From a virus, in the IMG/VR virus record IMGVR_UViG_3300036939_000014, positions 1-64,000 of that record: DNA of 64,000 nt; one strand, written 5' to 3'. Positions 51,816 through 58,557 of this stretch are shown here, piece by piece (position 1 is the stretch's first letter; the number at the start of each line of letters is the position of its first letter). The position numbers and the translations under genes were made by a program. Under the pieces are notes generated by a model. It made no database searches. It saw only the letters and a program-made list of their open reading frames with translations, and was not told the DNA's origin.

Positions 51816-51844
51816 TTGACAAACTATTGACGTTTAGCTAATAT
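51816..51844 (+). promoter_or_regulatory. double-box promoter
   Basis: TTGACA-aactat-TTGACG-TTTAGC-TAATAT. Confidence 0.7.
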
Positions 51845-51868
51845 GGAAACATCGAATTATGTAAAGCG

Positions 51869-52072
51869 ATGACACAGCAGCAAAAAGAATATGGTGGTTA
51901 CATTTCAGCAATCAGGGTGGGTGATGCATCGATGAAACCTATTTGGGTAACCGCTCACAATGAAAGCGAAGCAATTGCTGAGTTAAAAAAGAAGGCACTG
52001 CAAGAGTTTCCTATTCGAGATGGCTGGGCAAATCATGCAACAAGTAGCGAAGAAGGACTGGCAACGAAATGA
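51869..52072 (+). CDS. hypothetical protein (67 aa)
   Basis: Promoter 51816-51844. Confidence 0.5.
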   Translation: MTQQQKEYGGYISAIRVGDASMKPIWVTAHNESEAIAELKKKALQEFPIRDGWANHATSSEEGLATK

Positions 52073-52485
52073 AAGACCCCATTAGACGAATTTTCTACTT
52101 ACTTGGCATAGCGGCATTCTCTGCGCTGTTTGATGTTCTTTTTGAGCAGTACCAAACACTTCAGTTGTATTGGATAATCAGAGCGCTTCTCGATCTATTG
52201 TTCTGGGTATTGGCTATCTATCCTAATTACAGATGGCGCTTCATGGGACTGTTCAGGCGAATAATTGTGAGTGGGGTGTGTATTAGGTTCTGTACCTACT
52301 TCCTGCCTGTAGTAATTTTGCTATCAGAACCGTATCAACACTTTGAAAAGTGGCTAAACTTGGTTATGGTTCTGGCTATTATTTGGGACAACGACGATGG
52401 AGGGGGAGGCAAAGGCAAAGGCAAGCGAACTAAGGATACTGAAGAAGAAGTGGACAGCAATCGACTACCAACAGACAATATTTAA
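52069..52485 (+). CDS. polytopic membrane protein
   Basis: ATGA overlap; four hydrophobic segments; Gly/Lys-rich tail. Confidence 0.5.
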   Translation: MKDPIRRIFYLLGIAAFSALFDVLFEQYQTLQLYWIIRALLDLLFWVLAIYPNYRWRFMGLFRRIIVSGVCIRFCTYFLPVVILLSEPYQHFEKWLNLVMVLAIIWDNDDGGGGKGKGKRTKDTEEEVDSNRLPTDNI

Positions 52486-52545
52486 CCAACAGGATATTTA
52501 TTGCAAGCATACAGTAGCGGCTACTCTAAGGTTGCCGCTATTTTA

Positions 52546-52574
52546 TTGACAATGTGTTGACGTTTAGCTAAACT
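52546..52574 (+). promoter_or_regulatory. double-box promoter
   Basis: TTGACA-atgtgt-TGACG-TTTAGC-TAAACT. Confidence 0.7.
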
Positions 52575-52605
52575 GTAAGCATTCACCCTAATGGGATTTT
52601 AGACA

Positions 52606-53274
52606 ATGGCTCGCAAGTTTATAATATTTGATTGGGTTCCTGAATGGCTTAAGTCTGAGATTTTAAGGCAGATTCCTGAAGACTGTACTGTTGAACATCT
52701 AGAAGATTTAGCAGATTCGCTTAAGTATGAACTGGCAGACCTTCATGTACAACTTAGGGGAGTATCAGCTAAAGCTCGCTTAGAAGAAAGTCTCGATACA
52801 GATGAATATCAAGACTGGAAAGAACGTATAAACACTCGATTGAGAGTAAGAAATGTAACCTATGGTACGGTACTTTACAACCTCAGACTATTAAAAAATG
52901 ATGCGGAGGAAGAAACAGAAAAGAGAATAAAAAGGCTAGAGAATTTAGTAAATTTAGAATATAACAAGCGGATAGAAAAAACAGAAAATTTAGTAAGACA
53001 TCTTTTAGAGGAGCAAGGGAAACAGCATCAAAGAAATCTTAAACGACTTAAATACATTGAAGAAATATTGAAAGACCTTAAGCCATTTAGATCTTTTGTC
53101 TATCGCTCTTTGTATCATCTGCTTTTGAGAGATGGATACAGAACCGATCCAGAATCAGAATGGATTGCTGAGACTTTATCGTTTGTTCCACCCTGTCTAG
53201 AAAAGAACGGGAGTTACGGAAATTTGCCAACCCCGCAAACTAGAGCAGTTGAAACTGAAATTCAACAAAACTAG
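52606..53274 (+). CDS. hypothetical coiled-coil protein (222 aa)
   Basis: Promoter 52546-52574. Confidence 0.55.
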   Translation: MARKFIIFDWVPEWLKSEILRQIPEDCTVEHLEDLADSLKYELADLHVQLRGVSAKARLEESLDTDEYQDWKERINTRLRVRNVTYGTVLYNLRLLKNDAEEETEKRIKRLENLVNLEYNKRIEKTENLVRHLLEEQGKQHQRNLKRLKYIEEILKDLKPFRSFVYRSLYHLLLRDGYRTDPESEWIAETLSFVPPCLEKNGSYGNLPTPQTRAVETEIQQN

Positions 53275-53388
53275 CTAATTCCTCCCACAACAATTAAATA
53301 GCTTAACAAACCCTAGTATGCTCAGACACTAGGGTTTAGCTGTTATCAAAGCTACAATATCCTTTTGGAGGCAAGGGCTGGAAACTAG

Positions 53389-54789
53389 ATGGCAGTCCGC
53401 GTAACCCAACAACGCTGGTCATTTATTGCACTACTTGGGTTAAGTATTACAAGTGGTGTAATTGCACTAGGAATTATTTCTCAAAACTATTCTACTGCCT
53501 CTGTTAGCAGCATGAGAGCAAAGAACGCGATACTAGCCCTAAGCCAGCTAGAAGGTTCTCTAAAGGATGCTGAAACGGGGCAGCGGGGATTCTTGTTAAC
53601 GGGTGACGATGATTACTTAGATCCCTACATAGAGGGTGCTGGAATAGCGCAAGCCAATGTTGCAAAGCTTGAGACTCTACTCAACTACTCTGATACAGTA
53701 AGCTCCAAAAGCCTTGAAGACATCAAACACTTCACAGACCTTAAGCTTAAAGAACTTGAAACAACTATTGCGCTAAGACGATTCAAGAGTCTAGAGGCAG
53801 CTTTGCCGCTGGTCAAGAGTGGCGAAGGCAAAGGCTACATGGACATCATTAGAGCGCGAGCCAATCGCATTAGGTACGCTCAAGAGTCCATATTGGGGAC
53901 TAACCTTGCAATTCTTGACCAGCTAGACGTATTCCGCAACAGCATAATAGTGCTAATCGGCGTAGCTTCTACTGGTATCTTCTGCCTGCTGTTCCAAAGT
54001 TTTCGTGAAGAGATAGCCTTACGCAAACTGATAGTAGCTAATCAAGAAGCTGAGATTAAAGCGAATGAAAATACTGTTAAGACCCTAAGAGATGCTGCCA
54101 ACCTTAAAGAACGTGAGTTGAGCCTGCGTATCCATGATTGGAAAAACCCTGTAACTTCAATCCAAAGCAGTATTGACCTAATACACTACTATTACGAAAA
54201 AAAACAACTGTCTTTAGCCAATTTTGAAAAACACTACAATCGCATAGTTGTAAGTGTTGCAACATTGCTAGATGGCTTTAACGATGCACTAACAGTGGCG
54301 CGAGCAGAAGCTGGAAAGTTAGACATCACAAAAGAACGTACCGACCTTGTTACAACAATCCGCAATAGTATTGCAGCAGTAGAGGCAAAGGCTGTCAATC
54401 ACACAATTAGACTGTATCAGAGTGATATTGAGTACCAGGTAGAGTGTGATGCAACGTTAGTGCAGCGAGCAGTGGTAAATCTATTGGAGAATGCCATCAA
54501 ACACACCCCATCAGGTGAGATTGCGGTATGTCTCTGTAGGGGGTCTACAAAGACCGTTATCCAGGTAGCTGACCAAGGTGAGGGGATTCCACATGAAGAC
54601 CTGCAACGTCTGTTCAGTGCCTTTGAGAGGGGCAATACAGCAGCAACAGGGACAGGTCTAGGTTTAGCAGTGGTGAAATCGTGTGCAGAAGCTCATGAGG
54701 GTACAGTGCGAGTGGAGTCACGAGAGGGACTAAGACTTGCACATCCTGACGGACTGACCTACAGAACTATGTTTACGCTGGTGATTTAA
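53389..54789 (+). CDS. CHASE3-domain sensor histidine kinase
   Basis: N-terminal TM; ETGQRGFLLTGDDDYLDPY (CHASE3); second TM; H-box LRIHDWKNPV; ENAIKHTP, DQGEGIP, GTGLGLAVV (HATPase_c N/G1/G2). Confidence 0.85.
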   Translation: MAVRVTQQRWSFIALLGLSITSGVIALGIISQNYSTASVSSMRAKNAILALSQLEGSLKDAETGQRGFLLTGDDDYLDPYIEGAGIAQANVAKLETLLNYSDTVSSKSLEDIKHFTDLKLKELETTIALRRFKSLEAALPLVKSGEGKGYMDIIRARANRIRYAQESILGTNLAILDQLDVFRNSIIVLIGVASTGIFCLLFQSFREEIALRKLIVANQEAEIKANENTVKTLRDAANLKERELSLRIHDWKNPVTSIQSSIDLIHYYYEKKQLSLANFEKHYNRIVVSVATLLDGFNDALTVARAEAGKLDITKERTDLVTTIRNSIAAVEAKAVNHTIRLYQSDIEYQVECDATLVQRAVVNLLENAIKHTPSGEIAVCLCRGSTKTVIQVADQGEGIPHEDLQRLFSAFERGNTAATGTGLGLAVVKSCAEAHEGTVRVESREGLRLAHPDGLTYRTMFTLVI

Positions 54790-54882
54790 CCTACAGTAGA
54801 GGCTGTCTGTATTAGTTTAGATGGGTCTGCTGTAGGTTGCTACAATGTATATACACCAAGGCTTAGGGTTTGATTTTGGGAA
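54790..54882 (-). ncRNA. structured repeat element E19 (CCTAC-stem variant)
   Basis: CCCAAAAUCAAACCCUAAGCCUUGGUGUAUAUAC core; CCTACAG/CTGTAGG stem; between the kinase gene and 54897. Confidence 0.45.
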
Positions 54883-54896
54883 TAAGCCGACAGCAG

Positions 54897-55139
54897 ATGA
54901 GTTACTTAAGAGTTGTCCGCTGGTTTGAGAGAGACGGCGACAAATTAATCGGAGAGCAGCCACTAGACGGCGTTGACTTGTCTATTCTTCAGAAGGCTTT
55001 TGCTGTTGCCGCCGATGACCCAATGTATGATTGCTATCCGATTGAAACTAAGCAACAAGTTGAATACATTCAGGGCGTCACGCATCTGGTGATTAACATA
55101 CAATCTTATGATTACTTTTTGGAGTGTGATGCCAGTTAG
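54897..55139 (+). CDS. hypothetical protein (80 aa)
   Basis: ATG 54897; the track TTG extension overlaps an element copy. Confidence 0.5.
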   Translation: MSYLRVVRWFERDGDKLIGEQPLDGVDLSILQKAFAVAADDPMYDCYPIETKQQVEYIQGVTHLVINIQSYDYFLECDAS

Positions 55140-55230
55140 ATAAATTCCAATATCATGTGATAATCAGCTTCGATAGCTGGATGGATAAAGGTGATTTGCG
55201 TTTCGTACTGTCAAACTTGGCGCAAATCAC

Positions 55231-55259
55231 TTGACAAATATTTGACAATTAGATAATAT
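55231..55259 (+). promoter_or_regulatory. double-box promoter
   Basis: TTGACA-aatatt-TGACA-ATTAGA-TAATAT; abuts 10-bp hairpin 55191-55230. Confidence 0.65.
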
Positions 55260-55327
55260 AAAAGGTATAGGTAATGTCGTGATGACACCCTTGGCTCAAC
55301 CTATCAGGCTATGAGCCTAAAGAAAAA

Positions 55328-56200
55328 ATGACAGTAGTAACAAAACAGTTCGTAATTGATGCGCTGAACTCTATTGAAGAGTTCCCGATTGACTTTGATG
55401 ATGTATGGCAAGAAGCTGGATACACGCGAAGAGATAACGCACGTCGCCGTCTTAAGGACTTAGAAGAGAATGTAGATTTCGCATTACTCACTTCTGAGGA
55501 ATGGAGTCAGGAAGGGCGTTTGAAGGATTCCATAAAATTCTCTGTGGATGGCTACAAGCATTTTTGCTTGATGGCGAAGAATTCCAAGGGAAGGGAAACA
55601 CGGAACTACTTCATCACAATAGAAAAGGTACAACGTCAAAAGCTAGAGCAGCAGTTCAACCAACCTTACATCAGGACTGACTTTAACCTCCTTAAGCAAG
55701 AGCAAGACAAAAATGATGCACTCTGCTTCGAGATTAAAAAGCTACAAGTTCAAGTAGAAAGTCTAAATACTAAAGTCGGTAAGCTTACAGGATTACTCAA
55801 CACTGCTAAACGTAAGCTTGAGATTGCAGAGCGAAACCACCGCTCAGGGCAATGGGCAGCAGATATCACTGGAGAGTCTACAGGCTTCACCTACGATGCT
55901 GATTATTTGTTTCTTATCACTGGTATTGCTTGCCGTAAGTACTTCATTGCAAAGCTGTTCGAGAACTTCAAGCTGTCGGAAGACTTTATCAAAGAACGCT
56001 ACTCTAAGTCAAAACATGGTGACTTTGCACTAGGCAAGGATAAATACTTTACTGACGCACAAACAGCACTAGCTACCGTAATCAATCACCGAAGCAAAGC
56101 TGGCATCAGTAAACGTGAGTTACCCGCCATGTATCACTTCTTGTTTGACCATATTACAGACGGCAACAATACCAACAGACGACACCTAAGAGCTAGGTAG
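55328..56200 (+). CDS. antirepressor-like / DNA-binding protein
   Basis: SVDGYKHFCLMAKNSKGRETRNYFITIEK resembles AntA/ANT-type phage domains; coiled-coil centre. Confidence 0.4.
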   Translation: MTVVTKQFVIDALNSIEEFPIDFDDVWQEAGYTRRDNARRRLKDLEENVDFALLTSEEWSQEGRLKDSIKFSVDGYKHFCLMAKNSKGRETRNYFITIEKVQRQKLEQQFNQPYIRTDFNLLKQEQDKNDALCFEIKKLQVQVESLNTKVGKLTGLLNTAKRKLEIAERNHRSGQWAADITGESTGFTYDADYLFLITGIACRKYFIAKLFENFKLSEDFIKERYSKSKHGDFALGKDKYFTDAQTALATVINHRSKAGISKRELPAMYHFLFDHITDGNNTNRRHLRAR

Positions 56201-56221
56201 ACTCATCACACCATAGTCGTT

Positions 56222-56245
56222 AGCCCTCAACTGAGGGCTTTTTTA
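56222..56245 (+). terminator. rho-independent terminator
   Basis: GCCCTCA-ac-TGAGGGC plus T6. Confidence 0.7.
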
Positions 56246-56249
56246 TTGC

Positions 56250-56401
56250 CCAAAATGCAAGCGCACCCGCAGAACCATCAGTAAACAGTAGCAGGTTCTG
56301 TTTAATCTCAAAACGAACCTCGAAGCCTTACTGAATATACACTACAGCTACCGGAACGTGCAGGATATTAACTACTACAGATTAGCTCACGTTCCGTTTT
56401 A
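56250..56401 (+). ncRNA. structured repeat element E20
   Basis: CAGAACC/GGTTCTG hairpin; CTCAAAACGAACCTCGAAGCCTTACTG core; CCGGAACG..CGTTCCGTTTT. Confidence 0.65.
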
Positions 56402-56413
56402 CTCCTCTCATCC

Positions 56414-56442
56414 TTGTCACTCTCTTGACATCCTGTTAATAT
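56414..56442 (+). promoter_or_regulatory. double-box promoter
   Basis: TTGTCA-17-TAATAT with TTGACATCCTGT in the spacer. Confidence 0.55.
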
Positions 56443-56478
56443 GTAGTAATCCTTTACACCTTTACCACTGTGATAACA

Positions 56479-56907
56479 ATGGCAACTACAAGCACGGAAC
56501 GGATGCGGTTATTAAATGCTCGCCGCAAAGCTGGAATAAAGTTACCTATTTGCAAAAGGTGTTGTGCTAAATGCACATCCGCAGAAGGAATCAAACAGCA
56601 CCTATGCTCATCATGTAGGCGAGCAACGCCAGAAGGGCGTAAGAAGGCAATAGAGAATGCCTACAAGAGCATTTACCGTAGAGAGGCATTGAAAGCTCTA
56701 CAGGCTCAGCTAGAGGGCTTTGAGTGGCAGTGGCAAGAAGTAGAAGTTAGGTTGCCGAGCCACTCTCAACAGGTACTCACAGAAACTCTTAGGGGAGCAA
56801 GAACTATGGGCATTTATTCCCCTGAGCAGGGCTGGACAGATAGCATTGATGGTAGTGCCGTCAAAGTGAAGCGATGGGCTGAAATACCTAAAAGAGAGGA
56901 AAGCTAA
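56479..56907 (+). CDS. Cys-rich hypothetical protein
   Basis: ATG 56479; CKRCCAKC...CSSC; flanked by inverted element copies. Confidence 0.5.
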   Translation: MATTSTERMRLLNARRKAGIKLPICKRCCAKCTSAEGIKQHLCSSCRRATPEGRKKAIENAYKSIYRREALKALQAQLEGFEWQWQEVEVRLPSHSQQVLTETLRGARTMGIYSPEQGWTDSIDGSAVKVKRWAEIPKREES

Positions 56908-57010
56908 AACGGAACGTCTGTGAGTCAGATTAAGTAATAGACTTACTCCTCCCGTCTACTTAAACGTATATACAGCAACAGTTATAAGTCGTTTTTAACC
57001 TTAGACTGCT
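56905..57010 (-). ncRNA. structured repeat element E21
   Basis: Minus sense UUAAAAACGACUUAUAACUGUUGCUGUAUAUACG core; ACGGGA/UUCCGU stem plus UUUU; inverted relative to E20 across CDS 56479-56907. Confidence 0.5.
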
Positions 57011-57035
57011 GACCATGTAGTTATCTCCAGATTCT

Positions 57036-57269
57036 ATGAAATACCGACAAATGGCATGGCTAAAAACTCATGACACAGCTGACAACAAAGTCCTACACCT
57101 AAAAGCCGATGACGGTAAGTTCCACCCCTATTACGCGTTTTCGCACCTCAGACAGCCTGACAGTACCTTACCCGGTGCGAGCCGTGGTTATCCCACAATG
57201 CAGCACCTAATGAGGTCAGGATGGACTCTAGTGCCCTCTGAAGAGGCGAGCAAGTTACAATTGGTCTAG
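57036..57269 (+). CDS. hypothetical protein (77 aa)
   Basis: ORF after an element copy. Confidence 0.5.
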   Translation: MKYRQMAWLKTHDTADNKVLHLKADDGKFHPYYAFSHLRQPDSTLPGASRGYPTMQHLMRSGWTLVPSEEASKLQLV

Positions 57270-57322
57270 GTTAACTACCTATTGAATGATTTTTACCAGG
57301 CAGTAAGATGTCTGGTTTTTCA

Positions 57323-57351
57323 TTGACAACTTGCTGACGATTGGCTAAAAT
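57323..57351 (+). promoter_or_regulatory. double-box promoter
   Basis: TTGACA-17-TAAAAT with CTGACGATTGGC in the spacer. Confidence 0.65.
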
Positions 57352-57376
57352 AAAGCAAGTTTACCACAAGCCTGTA

Positions 57377-57691
57377 ATGCAAACAAAACAAAAGACAAAA
57401 GTTACAGCAGTGCAAAAAGAGATTGAAACGCTTGAGAGAGGGCAGCTGCTTTGGATTACACGAGACTATTTAACAAATGGAATATATCAAGTAAAGTTTT
57501 TTAACACTGGAAGCAATTATTCTTCTGTAGAGGTAGAAAACAAAGACTACAGTCGTTTCTTGGTTTCAAAGCCTGACTGGCATATTACAGCTGAGGCGGC
57601 ATTATTGCGAATAACTCAAATTACGGCACAGGAGCAAATCAAGCTCATTGAAAAACAGTATCAAGCAAGTCAGCTGCTATTGGGGGGCTAA
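57377..57691 (+). CDS. hypothetical protein (104 aa)
   Basis: ATG 57377, 25 nt after -10 of promoter 57323-57351. Confidence 0.5.
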   Translation: MQTKQKTKVTAVQKEIETLERGQLLWITRDYLTNGIYQVKFFNTGSNYSSVEVENKDYSRFLVSKPDWHITAEAALLRITQITAQEQIKLIEKQYQASQLLLGG

Positions 57692-57737
57692 TCTTCAAAC
57701 CTGTACAAAATTAATGAGCGCAAAATGGAGGTGAAAG

Positions 57738-57766
57738 TTGACGTTCTTCTGACGATTACCTAAAAT
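57738..57766 (+). promoter_or_regulatory. double-box promoter (duplicate of 57323-57351 including leader)
   Basis: TTGACG-17-TAAAAT with CTGACGATTACC in the spacer; shared leader AAGCAAGTNTACCACAA. Confidence 0.65.
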
Positions 57767-57789
57767 AAGGCAAGTGTACCACAAAAGCA

Positions 57790-57963
57790 ATGACTATCAG
57801 CGAAGATGAGTTGCGGCAACGCCTTCTACAGGAACTAAAGGGAATTGACCTTAATAAGCTTGATGACGTACCAGAAGCCACAGAACAGCAAGTAGAAGAA
57901 GCTCTTGCAAAAACAATGCATTGGTTTTTGAATAGCAATGTCAATGTGGAGAAAGATTCATGA
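57790..57963 (+). CDS. small ORF (57 aa)
   Basis: Below track threshold; promoter 57738-57766 is a duplicate of 57323-57351; ATGA overlap with the next ORF; opposite-strand track ORF 57756-57944 rejected. Confidence 0.45.
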   Translation: MTISEDELRQRLLQELKGIDLNKLDDVPEATEQQVEEALAKTMHWFLNSNVNVEKDS

Positions 57964-58184
57964 CACCACTACAAAGCATCAAGACCGCATTTGAAGAGAG
58001 AGGCGTACCACTAAACCTCTACCAGATTGATGAAGTGAACAAAACCATAAGACTACAGGAGTCATTCTTGATTATGTTGCGAAATAATACAACGATGTGG
58101 AAGCCATTAGAGGATGCGCTGCTCGCAGATGGCGGCAAAATCCACCAGTATCCAAGTTTATTTTTAATGGATTTAGAGGTATGA
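57960..58184 (+). CDS. hypothetical protein (74 aa)
   Basis: Overlap-coupled chain. Confidence 0.5.
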   Translation: MTPLQSIKTAFEERGVPLNLYQIDEVNKTIRLQESFLIMLRNNTTMWKPLEDALLADGGKIHQYPSLFLMDLEV

Positions 58185-58426
58185 CACCAATCACTTTAAC
58201 GACTCAACAAAAACGAGACTATCTATATATGCCTAATCAGCGAGTCAGCTTCTTGTATGGCGAGAAGACTTATGCGGGTAGAGTTTGCGGCATGGGCACA
58301 AATTATAACGCTATCCCCTTCCTCGGTACGATGTGGATTGTCAGACTTGAGTCACCAATAGAGGGCTATTGTTACGAATGTGTTGGAGTGCCTTCGCTCC
58401 ACATGGAACCACTAGAGGGGATGTAA
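58181..58426 (+). CDS. hypothetical protein (81 aa)
   Basis: ATG 58181 overlaps upstream stop (ATGA). Confidence 0.5.
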   Translation: MTPITLTTQQKRDYLYMPNQRVSFLYGEKTYAGRVCGMGTNYNAIPFLGTMWIVRLESPIEGYCYECVGVPSLHMEPLEGM

Positions 58427-58493
58427 CGCTTGCCTCAAACTCAGAAGCGTTATACACTAGACTGCATTCACCACACCCCTTTCGATTGAACAC

Positions 58494-58530
58494 GCAAAAA
58501 AAATGGCGTGATTGGCATCACGCCATTTGT
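58494..58530. terminator. bidirectional hairpin upstream of primase gene
   Basis: A8-TGGCGTGAT...ATCACGCCA-TTTGT. Confidence 0.6.
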
Positions 58531-58557
58531 AATCCAAGAACATATTTGTTTAAATAC

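Noticed and set aside
55191-55230. 10-bp perfect hairpin GTGATTTGCG/CGCAAATCAC as a functional RNA
   Set aside because: It is most simply a terminator or insulator for 54897-55139 that abuts the next promoter. It has no repeats elsewhere, so nothing singles it out.
57756-57944. Track ORF (62 aa, minus strand)
   Set aside because: It is antisense to a 57-aa plus-strand ORF (57790-57963). That ORF has a duplicated box promoter and ATGA coupling to the next gene.
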